A stretch of DNA of 64,000 bases from an uncultured Gammaproteobacteria bacterium (GTDB lineage Bacteria; Patescibacteriota; Microgenomatia; UBA10105; UBA927). The position numbers and the translations under genes are program-made. The stretch is from assembly GCA_964445435.1 (NCBI GenBank), contig CAYUKU010000001.1:44384-108383 (forward strand). Direction: 5' to 3'. Under the pieces are notes generated by a model. The model searched no databases. It had not been told where the DNA came from and saw only the letters and a list, made by a program, of their open reading frames with translations. This document shows positions 8,513 to 18,259 of this stretch, piece after piece (the stretch's first letter is position 1; every line of letters starts with the position of its first letter).

Positions 8513-10501
8513 TCATGAACCGTATGCAAATATGACGCCGTACATGGGCATAATCGTCGTTGCGGTTACCGTTTTTTTGTGTTTTTTGGTTTGCTTTTTG
8601 TTTGCCCCCGCTTTTGTCGTCTGCATACCCTGTTCCCGAATCATGGAAAGATGCCAGATAATCGCAAGAAGCAACCATTGGCCAAATTCCCGCTGTATAA
8701 GCCCTTCTGGGTGCCTTTCTCTTACGCGTGCAAGGAGACCAACTTCCTTCATGTTCTTCCCCTCTGTCCGCATATCCCCAGGCGCGGCGAGAAACGACTC
8801 GAGAGACTCCAATGTCGCGTGATAGCTCATAAGTTTCAATGTCATCCAGAGAGCAAGCGCAAGAGAAAATCGAGATATCTCATACCGCTCCCGTTTAATC
8901 GGCTCTGGTAAAAACGCACCCTCAGAAACATCCGGCGCACTGACAAGACGTTGCGTTTCTCCAAAAAGCATCACAAGAGACTGTTCTACTCGTTTCTTCT
9001 CACGAGCAATCGCTTCTTTCTGATCCTTTACCGGAAGCGCGTCTATACCTTCCAAAAATCTGATGGACCGGACAAATGTCTGCACGTCTACACTCTCTGA
9101 TACCTCAACCAGTTTGGGATTCGTTTCTGCTTCCGGCTGTTTACGTATTCCTTCACTCATCATCATAAAAAACAAGTCGAAAACATGTGCGCCAACCTGG
9201 TCCGTTTCGTTTGCGTTACCCTTTGACGTTACTGCATCCTTCCCTCCAAGCCTTTCCTCTGCGGGCATCAGAAACACACCTTCGCCCAACAATCCTTCAT
9301 GCGGCGTCAAAGTGAAGGTGTCTAGCGCGAAAAGGGCTGCGGGAACCCCGACACTTGAAGACTCTTGAACCAGTGCCGTGGCGAGGCTACGTATCTCATT
9401 GGCTTCTTCAAACGTTTCCCACATCTCCCGCACCTCAATATATAAGTGTTCTGATTGTTCTTCTGAAACTCCCAGGACATCTCGTACCGTTTGCGTCCAA
9501 ACTTCTACCTTTTCCGGCTCCGTAAGAAGAGAAAATCCGGGAGAAGCAGGTTCCGTGGTGATTGCGAGCATAACCGTCAGGTTTCCCTTGTGGATCACAT
9601 CTTCCAAGTTTCTGGTGTACGTTGGAGCTTCGTATGACACACTTGACTCCTCAACGATCTCTGGAGCGTGCTGCCGTTTCATATAGTCAACAACGCCGAC
9701 AATCGTCTCCCGCGTGTCATCCACAATGTTGTATGCCACCACTTCTGCTGTCTCGGAAGAAAGTGCGATAACCCCATATACGGCTGCCGCTAATCCTTCG
9801 CGGACATCATCCTCTGCTATCATATGATCTAGCGCTATAGACGCCATTTCCGCAACCTGTCGTTCACGCTCCCTTAAGATGAGCGGGAAAACCGATACAT
9901 CCCGAGATAGGCGCGCTAGATACTCCGCTCCCTCGTCCGTTGCAGCGACGGTTTCTTTGGCTTCTTGGAGAATCTCCTCTGGAGTAACGGTCCGGAAGAA
10001 AAGAAGCGGCTTTTCGAAATTATCGCTTTCAGATACGTCGGCACCGCCTTTCACGCCGAGTCCCCGAAAAAAATCACCAAGAGTTTCATCGTTTCCGTGA
10101 AATTCAACCGCAAGCGCCTGAATCGTGTTCCCTTCGCCCCTGCTGTAGAGATATATATAATTTCTTCCGTATCCCAAATCCGGACTTGCAACTGCAGCCA
10201 TCTCTATGGAATCATCGTTCATCATGGCTTTCTCTGCTGCCAAAACACGATCAAGCCTATCAGCACCCACGTCATCGGGATCGGTCAATTCTTCGATTGT
10301 TTTTCCACCGCTGTCCGTCCATCTTCCTTCTTCATTAATCTCGTAATCGAAAGGGATAAGCGTTTGCTTGAGGATAAACTCGTGATCGTGTGCTACTGCG
10401 TCTTTCGCAAGCGCCCTGGAAACCACGTCGAGCGATCTGCCGTTATCGAGCATTTCCTCCAGATAATTTTTTTCGTTTTGCGGATTCCATTCGTGACTCA
10501 T
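8513..10501 (-). CDS. large acidic hypothetical protein (662 aa)
   Basis: Long uninterrupted ORF, co-oriented and nearly contiguous with the downstream genes. No recognisable motif. Confidence 0.4.
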   Translation of the reverse strand: MSHEWNPQNEKNYLEEMLDNGRSLDVVSRALAKDAVAHDHEFILKQTLIPFDYEINEEGRWTDSGGKTIEELTDPDDVGADRLDRVLAAEKAMMNDDSIEMAAVASPDLGYGRNYIYLYSRGEGNTIQALAVEFHGNDETLGDFFRGLGVKGGADVSESDNFEKPLLFFRTVTPEEILQEAKETVAATDEGAEYLARLSRDVSVFPLILRERERQVAEMASIALDHMIAEDDVREGLAAAVYGVIALSSETAEVVAYNIVDDTRETIVGVVDYMKRQHAPEIVEESSVSYEAPTYTRNLEDVIHKGNLTVMLAITTEPASPGFSLLTEPEKVEVWTQTVRDVLGVSEEQSEHLYIEVREMWETFEEANEIRSLATALVQESSSVGVPAALFALDTFTLTPHEGLLGEGVFLMPAEERLGGKDAVTSKGNANETDQVGAHVFDLFFMMMSEGIRKQPEAETNPKLVEVSESVDVQTFVRSIRFLEGIDALPVKDQKEAIAREKKRVEQSLVMLFGETQRLVSAPDVSEGAFLPEPIKRERYEISRFSLALALWMTLKLMSYHATLESLESFLAAPGDMRTEGKNMKEVGLLARVRERHPEGLIQREFGQWLLLAIIWHLSMIREQGMQTTKAGANKKQTKKHKKTVTATTIMPMYGVIFAYGS

Positions 10502-10506
10502 AAAAA

Positions 10507-10523
10507 AACTTCTCGAATCGAGA
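10507..10523 (-). terminator. intrinsic terminator-like hairpin followed by a T7 run
   Basis: On the minus strand, CTTCTCG-ATT-CGAGAAG (7-bp stem) is followed immediately by TTTTTTT and then the ATG of the 662-aa ORF. Sits 118 nt downstream of the pduO-type gene. Confidence 0.45.
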
Positions 10524-10640
10524 AGTTGGCTTTGGCCTCTCCTTTGACTCGAAGGATACGCGTATCTGAAACCTGCGACCGGACTATCACCGTTGCGGTA
10601 CAGTTCCCGAGTTTCACGGGATTCGGAGTTTCGGATATGA

Positions 10641-11192
10641 CTATTTTTGGGTACGTTCCCGAGGAATACCGGACCAAACCGTTTCCTCGATATGATTGTT
10701 CTTATTTATAAATCTCGCAAGCATAAAAAACAAGTCCGATAACCGGTTGAGATATTTAATGATTTGAGGATCGACCTGTTGTCGCTGAGCCAAGGCAACG
10801 ACCTGCCGCTCTACGCGTCGCGCTATACTTCTGGTGACATGAATATGAGCGGCTTGCGGTGATCCGCCCGGGAGGATGAAATTGGCAAGCGGTGGTAAGC
10901 TTTTTTCCATCGCATCAATCTCCACCTCCATTTCGGTGACGCGGGTAGGAAGAACGGACAAATCAGCTTTCCAACCGGCAAGACTTCCTCCTACTGTAAA
11001 AAGGTCTGACTGGATTTTCACGAAAAGATCGCGAAGATGGTCAAATTTCGTTTCCGAGACAACGAGTCCCACCCAACTGTTGAGCTCATCCATTGACCCG
11101 TATGCATCGACTAACTCTTCGCATTTAAGAACGCGCTTGCCACCGAAGAGGCTCGTTTTTCCGGCATCGCCGGTACGGGTGTAAATCGGCAT
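10641..11192 (-). CDS. ATP:cob(I)alamin adenosyltransferase, PduO-type
   Basis: MPIYTRTGDAGKTSLFGG...DAYGSMDELNS is the signature N-terminus of PduO/MMAB-type adenosyltransferases. Confidence 0.85.
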   Translation of the reverse strand: MPIYTRTGDAGKTSLFGGKRVLKCEELVDAYGSMDELNSWVGLVVSETKFDHLRDLFVKIQSDLFTVGGSLAGWKADLSVLPTRVTEMEVEIDAMEKSLPPLANFILPGGSPQAAHIHVTRSIARRVERQVVALAQRQQVDPQIIKYLNRLSDLFFMLARFINKNNHIEETVWSGIPRERTQK

Positions 11193-11198
11193 AGAGTC

Positions 11199-13628
11199 CT
11201 AACACTCTGAGTATCCGCAGCTGTAGCATTTCTTGCAGGACTCTTCAAATACAAGACTCCCCTCCCCGCAGCTCGGACACAGATCGACGGTAACCATGCG
11301 TTTTTCCGTCAAAAGCATTTGCTGTGCTGGCACAGTCATCGGCTTTTCTGCCGGCTCCACTTGCGGTGCGTCCGTGTGGACAGTATGACCGTTCGTATGT
11401 CCATTTGCCTGTGCAGGCTTGGCATCGGTATTAATGGCAACTACGTCTTCCAAACGATGTTTCGTGAAAAATCCAAAATGCCGATCTATGACTTTTGCAA
11501 CCCCGTCCGGCAGACTTCGAACCCTGTTTTCACCAAAACCCATACTTCGCGCACCACCAATACCGATAAGCTCTGCTGCTATCTTATGAGCCCGTTCGAT
11601 AGCTGGGATGGGCGAGGCCATTCGGAGGGTTAGAGATATAAGCCGACCCATCGCCTCAGCCATTGCCGTCACATCACTCCCCGCTTTTCCGACGTTAATA
11701 AATACCTCAAGAGGTCGGTTGCCACCATTCGTATTAATGGTCACGTACGCCTGACCGACCGGGGTTTCTACCTGGTAGGTAGAACCGTGGACTACCATAG
11801 GTCTCGGTTTTACTTCGGGTACCGCTGGCTCTGCCGGCTTGGCAACTTCCTCTTTTTTTGGTTCTTCTTTCCGTTCCAATACGCCCTGCCTACTGCCCTC
11901 TCTCATGTAGGTAATTCCCTTACACCCTTGTTCATATGCCAACGTGTACAGGCGCTTCACGTCTTCTACCGTGTGCGTATTGGGTGCATTAACGGTTTTA
12001 CTTATGGACGCATCAACGTACTTCTGGATGGTAGCCTGCACGAAGACGTGATCTTCGGGTGTCAGGTCATTTGCGGATACGAACCATGCTGGCCGCTCTT
12101 CCTTCGTGGGTTCCCGTCCGCTGGTTTTCTTGAAATCTTCATACCATGCTTCGTACAGCGGATGTCTCAAAATATGCTCTCCCAGCCTGCTTCTTCGTAT
12201 GAACTCGAATTCATACACGGGCTCAATACCGCTTGATACGCCGGCCAGAAGCGATGTCGTTCCCGTCGGCGCCTGTTGAAGGATAACGCTGTTTCGCACG
12301 CCGTACTTTTTAATTTTCTTCTTTATCCTCTCTGGAAGTTGTTTGATGAAGTACGCCTCCAGATGTTTTTTGATTTCGATTTTTGGAAAAGCACCTTTTT
12401 CCTTGGCAATGTCGGCTGAAGCCTCATACGCCGCATCGCGGATAGTGCGGTAAATTTTGTCGATAACCGGCAGGCTTTCGGGCGATCCGTACCGGAGCTT
12501 CATCTTAATCAGTGCATCGCCCAGCCCCATGGTGCCAAGACCAATCCGACGTTCTCCCTGCTGCTGTACTTTTCGTATTTCGTCAAAAACGTAGAAATCC
12601 GCGTCGATCACGTCATCCTGAAACCGTACACCGATTTTGGCAACCTCTGCCAGGCGGTCATAATCCATTTCACCCTTGTCGTTCACGAGTGCAGCGACAT
12701 TTATGGAACACAGGTTGCATACCCCCCAGCTGGGAAGCCCTTCTTCACCACACGGATTTACGCAGTTTACGTACTCGAAATAGTAATTATTAAACCATTT
12801 GTTATAGCGCTCCATAAATACGACCCCGGGCTCCGCGCTTCTCCACGCGGCCTGTGCGATAAGATCCCACAGCGCCCGGGCTTTGAGCGTCTTATGGACC
12901 ACCGTTTTCTTGCCCATCGCAATCCAGTTGGGAAGATATCCATCCCATTTGGTGTCATAGTCAGGATCCGTCTTATCCGGAAACACGAGATTCCAGTCTG
13001 CATCGTTTTTCACCGCGTCCATAAATGCATCAGATACACAGACGGAAAGATTGGCTCCGTTTATCCGCGAAAGATCCTGTTTGACGGTGATAAATTCCTC
13101 GATATCCGGATGCCAATCCCACAACATAAGCATGAGCGCGCCGCGACGGCTACCACCTTGCTGGATAATATCTTTCGTCGCAACGGAAAAAAGCTCCGCC
13201 CAATTGCATGGACCGGAGGAAAATCCGTTTACCTTCGTAACCCGTGCCCCGCGTGGTCGAAGACTCGAAAGATTAATCCCCACTCCTCCACCGCGCGACA
13301 TGATTTCCACCATTTGGGAAAGCGTTTTGAGAATTCCCTGCCTGGAATCATGGGGACTTGGTATGACAAAACAATTGTAAAAGGTTACTTTGTATCCTGT
13401 TCCTGCGCCTGAAAGAATCCGACCCCCCGGTACAAACACGAAGTCCTGCATTGCCCCATAAAACTTATCCTCCCACTCCTGCCGCTTGGCTTTCGGTTCG
13501 ACTTGTGCAACGGCGTGAGCAACCCTTCGCCACATTTCCTCGGGAGTTTTCTCAATGGGAGCACCCTTTTCGTCTTTGACGGCGTATCTGTCTGCAAAAA
13601 CGTTTTGTCGGATTCCTGTTAATTCCAT
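11199..13628 (-). CDS. nrdJ: ribonucleoside-diphosphate/triphosphate reductase, class II (adenosylcobalamin-dependent)
   Basis: 809 aa. NCFV, CNLCSIN and SCVNPCGE active-site regions. C-terminal Zn-ribbon CPSCGEGSLVFEESCKKCYSCGYSEC. Sits in an nrdR-nrdJ-adenosyltransferase operon. Confidence 0.85.
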   Translation of the reverse strand: MELTGIRQNVFADRYAVKDEKGAPIEKTPEEMWRRVAHAVAQVEPKAKRQEWEDKFYGAMQDFVFVPGGRILSGAGTGYKVTFYNCFVIPSPHDSRQGILKTLSQMVEIMSRGGGVGINLSSLRPRGARVTKVNGFSSGPCNWAELFSVATKDIIQQGGSRRGALMLMLWDWHPDIEEFITVKQDLSRINGANLSVCVSDAFMDAVKNDADWNLVFPDKTDPDYDTKWDGYLPNWIAMGKKTVVHKTLKARALWDLIAQAAWRSAEPGVVFMERYNKWFNNYYFEYVNCVNPCGEEGLPSWGVCNLCSINVAALVNDKGEMDYDRLAEVAKIGVRFQDDVIDADFYVFDEIRKVQQQGERRIGLGTMGLGDALIKMKLRYGSPESLPVIDKIYRTIRDAAYEASADIAKEKGAFPKIEIKKHLEAYFIKQLPERIKKKIKKYGVRNSVILQQAPTGTTSLLAGVSSGIEPVYEFEFIRRSRLGEHILRHPLYEAWYEDFKKTSGREPTKEERPAWFVSANDLTPEDHVFVQATIQKYVDASISKTVNAPNTHTVEDVKRLYTLAYEQGCKGITYMREGSRQGVLERKEEPKKEEVAKPAEPAVPEVKPRPMVVHGSTYQVETPVGQAYVTINTNGGNRPLEVFINVGKAGSDVTAMAEAMGRLISLTLRMASPIPAIERAHKIAAELIGIGGARSMGFGENRVRSLPDGVAKVIDRHFGFFTKHRLEDVVAINTDAKPAQANGHTNGHTVHTDAPQVEPAEKPMTVPAQQMLLTEKRMVTVDLCPSCGEGSLVFEESCKKCYSCGYSEC

Positions 13629-13650
13629 AAAACGTAAAAAGATAAAATTT

Positions 13651-14097
13651 TTATAAAAGTTTTTTTACTTCTCTCTCGAAATCTTCTATATCAACAAATT
13701 GTCGAAATACGCTTGCGAACCGTATGTAAGCTATCTTGTCCAATTTTTTGAGTCTCTTGGCGACCAGCTCTCCAATTCTTTTGCTCGGAACTTCCGTCGT
13801 GTCCCCGCTAATCAGTTCCCGTTCTACCTCATTAACAATTCTGTCTATGTCTTCTGCTTTTATGGTTGTTTTCCCGCTTGCTCTCCACAAACCCCTTCGC
13901 AATTTCTCACGGTCGAATGTCTCCCTGCGTTCATCTTTTTTTATAACCGTAATCGGAACGTTTTCTACCCGTTCATATGTGGTAAACCGCTTCTCGCATT
14001 TGGAACAGTTCCTGCGCCTTCGTGTCACCGCCAAATCTTCGCTGTCACGCGTTTCCAATACATCGGTATTTTCAAAGTTGCAATACGGACACTTCAT
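13651..14097 (-). CDS. nrdR: transcriptional repressor NrdR
   Basis: MKCPYCNFENTDVLETRDSED...RRRRNCSKCEKRFTTYE Zn-ribbon plus ATP-cone. 22 nt upstream of nrdJ. Confidence 0.9.
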   Translation of the reverse strand: MKCPYCNFENTDVLETRDSEDLAVTRRRRNCSKCEKRFTTYERVENVPITVIKKDERRETFDREKLRRGLWRASGKTTIKAEDIDRIVNEVERELISGDTTEVPSKRIGELVAKRLKKLDKIAYIRFASVFRQFVDIEDFEREVKKLL

Positions 14098-14176
14098 TTT
14101 CTCTTAATTTTCGTCCTTCCATTCATTTCACTCGTGAAATAATGAACGCTACCCATTGTGCCAAATCACATACTAA

Positions 14177-14220
14177 GACACTATATAAACCCCGTCAACT
14201 GGAATCTTCTATATCAAAAC
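14177..14220 (-). promoter_or_regulatory. candidate NrdR-box pair upstream of nrdR
   Basis: GACACTATATAAACC and CTTCTATATCAAAAC each carry the CwAtATaT core of the NrdR box, with centres about 30 bp apart. Flanks match the consensus only partly. Confidence 0.3.
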
Positions 14221-14405
14221 ACTACAAGGAAAATTTTTAGCCTCAATCGTGTTTTCGTGAGGAAAAAGTACGGTAATTCTTCTTTCATTTCTTCCCTATT
14301 GGGCAAGACCTTGCCAACAAACCAGTCTTATGTTTATAAAACGTGTTCGATATTCTTAATTCATCTCTTACTGTAAGTCTATTTCTTCGCAAATCAGCGA
14401 ATACT

Positions 14406-15017
14406 TCATCTTTTCAGTTTTATCAGAAGCGCCTGAAGATCTTTCAGCTGATTTTGCGCATTCACGAAGTTTTCCCGAGACCCTTCGGCTGCTTTCGTCA
14501 CCAGTTGCGCTACCACTTCCTCGTGTTTCATAAGCGCGTTGGTAAATTTCTCTGTAATATACGCCGGAACTTCTTTCCCCTGTTCCTTGAGTGTGATGGC
14601 CGTCGATAATCCTTTTTCCATGAACTTATTGGATTTCGCTAGCGATTCCACGGCAAGCGATACATTTCCCTTCGCTTCCAAAAACACTGCCATGTTCATT
14701 CGCTTGTCTGCCTGCAGAATATAAAATTCTGCCTTCCGCACCGGATCGGCGATCAGTCGTTCGAATATCTGATCGCGCAAGTCTTTCAGGAAATATAAGG
14801 GGTGGTCCGGGAGTATCCCAGGATATGGAAGCGCGTATTCTACTTTTGCCGGCATCATTGCCTCATCCGCGGGTGCGGTTGCTGTTTTGGTGCCTCCTTT
14901 TTCCATGACCGCCGTCGGCTTAACCGAAGTTGATGGCGTACTCGCGTGCACCGGCAGAGGAATGATGAGAGCATGAAGAACGAGTGTCGAAACAGCCAGT
15001 AGTGTACGCGTTTTCAT
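14406..15017 (-). CDS. secreted hypothetical protein (signal peptide)
   Basis: MKTRTLLAVSTLVLHALIIPLPVHAS signal-like N-terminus, then a helical/coiled C-terminal half. Confidence 0.45.
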   Translation of the reverse strand: MKTRTLLAVSTLVLHALIIPLPVHASTPSTSVKPTAVMEKGGTKTATAPADEAMMPAKVEYALPYPGILPDHPLYFLKDLRDQIFERLIADPVRKAEFYILQADKRMNMAVFLEAKGNVSLAVESLAKSNKFMEKGLSTAITLKEQGKEVPAYITEKFTNALMKHEEVVAQLVTKAAEGSRENFVNAQNQLKDLQALLIKLKR

Positions 15018-15053
15018 AGATCCTCCTTTTTAGGCCCGCTAAGTATACCCTAC

Positions 15054-15596
15054 CTATGCAAGCTTTGCCACATCACTCGGATCAATTCCGATAATTGAGA
15101 ATATTTCCTTTTCAAGCTCCTTTACCCTGGGATAACACCGATCGAGCATATCCTGTGCATCCGGAGGTAAATACTCCTCGTTCCATAATTGGAACCGTTT
15201 GTCGACCGTAATAATTTCATATTTCACCATCTTGTCTGCCAGATAGAGAATTTTTTCTTCCCATGTTTGAGGGCGAATAGCCGGAGTCACAATCGCATGA
15301 AGCGGATGAGTTACGACCAGATCTGCTACTTCATCCATATGTTCCTGACGAAGGATACGGACAGCGGTATCAGGATGCGACTCGCCTGCAAGCCTGGAAG
15401 CTGCCTTGTCGATATCGTGAAGAAGTCCGCCTGCAACAACCAGTCTTTCATTTATGGAAACATAGGGAACCTTCTTCTGACACTCGCGCGCGAGAAATGA
15501 CGCAACGCGTGCAACAAGGCCCACATGAATTCTCTTCATCTGGGGAAGAGCATATATATCCCACAACCGTTTGGCTTGCAGTTCGTCAGGAATCAT
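15054..15596 (-). CDS. HD-domain phosphohydrolase
   Basis: H...HDIDK and later HP...D motif spacing of the HD superfamily (GGLLHDIDKAASR). Confidence 0.6.
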   Translation of the reverse strand: MIPDELQAKRLWDIYALPQMKRIHVGLVARVASFLARECQKKVPYVSINERLVVAGGLLHDIDKAASRLAGESHPDTAVRILRQEHMDEVADLVVTHPLHAIVTPAIRPQTWEEKILYLADKMVKYEIITVDKRFQLWNEEYLPPDAQDMLDRCYPRVKELEKEIFSIIGIDPSDVAKLA

Positions 15597-15597
15597 C

Positions 15598-16761
15598 TTA
15601 AAGCATGATAAACAATAACACCGCAGACACTACCGCGCTTATGCCGCCGAAATAAAACGCCGCATCGGGCGATATCGTTTGCCAGAGGAATCCTGCGATA
15701 TACGACGCGGGCAAAAGCGTTATTCCGGTTACGAGATTATATAGTCCGTATGCCGCACCAAAACGTCGCTCGGCCACAACATCGGCAACAAGCGCTTTGG
15801 CCGCTCCCTGAGTTACTGCGTAGTAGAGTCCATACAGCATGGTAGCAATCACGATCCCGGATACGCCTTCAGTCTGGGCAAAAATTCCATACACGACTGC
15901 GTAGAGTCCCCATCCCGATACCAGAAGTTTTTTTCTTCCCACCTGATCGCTTAATGATGAAAGCGGAAGTCCAAAAAGCGATGCTACAAGATTAAGAAGT
16001 GCAAGAAGGAGGAAAATCTGGGAAAGAGGCATTCCGACAAGCTGGGCTTTCAGCACAAGAAACGCATCCGAAGAGTTTCCGAGTGTAAAAACGAAAGAAA
16101 TCGCCAGGAAAAGATAAAACTTCTTGGGAAATGAATCATGAAGAGTGAACCTCTCTCCCTTATGCCTTTCCCCTCTGTCCCGGACAAACAAAACAAGAAG
16201 CGCAAGTGCGATACAAAGCGGTACGACCGCAAGAAGGACGATGTGCTGAAAACCTGCCTGTGTCAAACTGACCGAAGAGCCAAAGAGAAGTGCCGCCAGT
16301 ATCATCCCAGCAACAGATCCCGCATCGTCAAGTGCGCGCGAGAGGCCGAATGACCGTCCTTTTTTCGTTTTGGGTGACGACGATGCGATAAGCGCATCAC
16401 GCGGAGCATTGGCTATTCCCTTGCCGCTTCTATCTATAAAACGCAGCAGAAGAACGACTGGCCAACTCGTGGCCCAAAAAAGAAGAAGCATGGTCAAGCG
16501 CATGAATTGCCCGCCGACAACCAGCGGCTTTCGCCGGTATACGGCATCGGAAAGCCTTCCGCTGATCGGTTGGAAAATATGCGGCGTCGCCTCTGCGACT
16601 CCTTCAACTAGCCCGATGACCGACGTTTTTACTCCGAGAATGTTTGAGAGATACAGAGGAATTGCCCTTTTGATAGTCTCTCCGCCGACATCATTGAAAA
16701 ACGACACGAGCGAAAGCACGAAGACATTCTGTGGAAAACCAAAAAACCGTTTCTCCCTCAT
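15598..16761 (-). CDS. MFS transporter
   Basis: 12 predicted hydrophobic segments. MFS-like GRLSD..RRK loop between TM2-3. 387 aa. Confidence 0.65.
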   Translation of the reverse strand: MREKRFFGFPQNVFVLSLVSFFNDVGGETIKRAIPLYLSNILGVKTSVIGLVEGVAEATPHIFQPISGRLSDAVYRRKPLVVGGQFMRLTMLLLFWATSWPVVLLLRFIDRSGKGIANAPRDALIASSSPKTKKGRSFGLSRALDDAGSVAGMILAALLFGSSVSLTQAGFQHIVLLAVVPLCIALALLVLFVRDRGERHKGERFTLHDSFPKKFYLFLAISFVFTLGNSSDAFLVLKAQLVGMPLSQIFLLLALLNLVASLFGLPLSSLSDQVGRKKLLVSGWGLYAVVYGIFAQTEGVSGIVIATMLYGLYYAVTQGAAKALVADVVAERRFGAAYGLYNLVTGITLLPASYIAGFLWQTISPDAAFYFGGISAVVSAVLLFIML

Positions 16762-16816
16762 GATCGCATTGACTTCGTGGTTTGCATCACATTATTATTC
16801 CCCTAGGTCTACCATT

Positions 16817-17635
16817 ATGTTACCATCATTTCTCATAACTTTCCGCGAGTTCATTGAAGCCTCACTCATCGTTGCGACGATTCTCGGCATTCTCACGAAA
16901 CTGGGACAAAAACGGGAAATTAAAACCGTCTGGATCGCAACTGCCGCGGCGGGATTTGTGAGCATCCTTCTTTTGGCGGGGGGAAGCCTTCTGGGTCTTA
17001 AGGTGCAGGAAATCTACTCAGGAAAAACAGAAGAATTGATTGAAGGCATTCTCATGATCACTTCCGCTGCTTTCATTACATGGGCGGTTTTCTTCCTGCA
17101 TTCGTATTTCGGACGATATAAGACAAAACTCCTCTCACAGCTCAAAGAAACGGTTGAGAGGCAGGAACAGCGGGCGCTATTCGTCTTGGCGTTTACTGCA
17201 GTACTTCGGGAAGGGTTTGAAATCGTGTTATTTCTTTCCACTGTATATTTCTCCTCCAGTCCCGCCGCTATCTTGACAGGATTTGGGCTTGGAGCTTTGC
17301 TTGCGCTTCTTGTATGTTTCTCGCTTTTTGCCGCAACGCTACGCATGCCGGTCTATTATGCGTTCCAAACGACAAGTGCCCTTCTTATCTTATTTGCGGC
17401 GGGTCTACTCGCCTACGGAGCACATGAACTCGTAGAGGCGGGCGTTCTTGTCAGCACGCCGAATGTCTACCTTCCCTTTCTCCCGGAAAAATCAACATTC
17501 ATAGGAAGCACCATCAAATCCGTTTTCGGACTGACGGAAAAAATGGAACTCTTATCTCTTGTTCTCTACGGCACGTACGCTACCGCCATGACGTGGTGGG
17601 TCTTTGGAAAAAAAGCGGATCACCGCGATGCCTGA
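16817..17635 (+). CDS. FTR1/EfeU-family high-affinity iron permease
   Basis: Two RExxE motifs (FREFIEAS and LREGFEIV) in TM1/TM4 positions, seven hydrophobic segments. Start set at ATG 16817, because the 5' extension of the ORF overlaps the MFS gene on the other strand. Confidence 0.7.
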   Translation: MLPSFLITFREFIEASLIVATILGILTKLGQKREIKTVWIATAAAGFVSILLLAGGSLLGLKVQEIYSGKTEELIEGILMITSAAFITWAVFFLHSYFGRYKTKLLSQLKETVERQEQRALFVLAFTAVLREGFEIVLFLSTVYFSSSPAAILTGFGLGALLALLVCFSLFAATLRMPVYYAFQTTSALLILFAAGLLAYGAHELVEAGVLVSTPNVYLPFLPEKSTFIGSTIKSVFGLTEKMELLSLVLYGTYATAMTWWVFGKKADHRDA

Positions 17636-18231
17636 TACCCCAGAGTTACAAGTACCAGATCAAGCGTTTGCTTCGGCCCGTTGGAATACGTATCTATTAT
17701 AAGGTCGTAATACTTGGGATCCCAAAAATCCGTTACTGCGTACATGCGTTTCCATTTGGCGAAATTCGCCTCTTGCCTCTCACTGATGTGCGCTTTGGCT
17801 TCCTCAACCGTCAGATTATCGCGGTTCACAAGGCGGTCAATCCGAAGTGAGTCGTCGCACTGAAGAAGTATTTTCAAAACATGCGAAAGGCCGCGCATGT
17901 TCCATCCGCCGATCCATGATTCCACAACGTAATGGGCATTAGGGTCAGCAAGTTTCTTTCGCATGGCAGTATCGATTTGATAATCGATATCATCCCCGTA
18001 ATCCGTTGCCTTGTGATGCCTTCGGTCCTCCGGTTTGTGTTTCCCGTTTTGGAGGGCAAACTGTCTGGCCCACTCTCCGCCGGAAAACGTCTGCCACCCC
18101 CACGACTCCACGATGGGCTTGAGGTTCTTGAGAAGTGTTGATCTCCCCGCTCCGGGCGGGCCGGAAATAGCAATGCTGCTGTATTTCAAATTCGCAGTAT
18201 CCATGCACCTATTATAGGGCACCATTGACAT
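17620..18231 (-). CDS. P-loop nucleotide kinase (cytidylate kinase-like / AAA_18 family)
   Basis: IAISGPPGAGRSTL Walker A. Small size. Probable true start at the internal Met (MDTANLKY, about 18204). Confidence 0.45.
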   Translation of the reverse strand: MSMVPYNRCMDTANLKYSSIAISGPPGAGRSTLLKNLKPIVESWGWQTFSGGEWARQFALQNGKHKPEDRRHHKATDYGDDIDYQIDTAMRKKLADPNAHYVVESWIGGWNMRGLSHVLKILLQCDDSLRIDRLVNRDNLTVEEAKAHISERQEANFAKWKRMYAVTDFWDPKYYDLIIDTYSNGPKQTLDLVLVTLGYQASR

Positions 18232-18259
18232 TGGTCAACTCACCAACTCATAATAAGCC

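Noticed and set aside
14098-14405. Cobalamin riboswitch upstream of the nrdR-nrdJ operon
   Set aside because: No B12-box (GCCACTG-like) or conserved riboswitch helices were found on the transcribed strand. Class II RNRs are not typically riboswitch-repressed.
16370-16816. 5' extension of the FTR1 ORF (421-aa version)
   Set aside because: It overlaps the MFS transporter on the opposite strand and lacks homology. The conserved permease starts at the internal ATG 16817.
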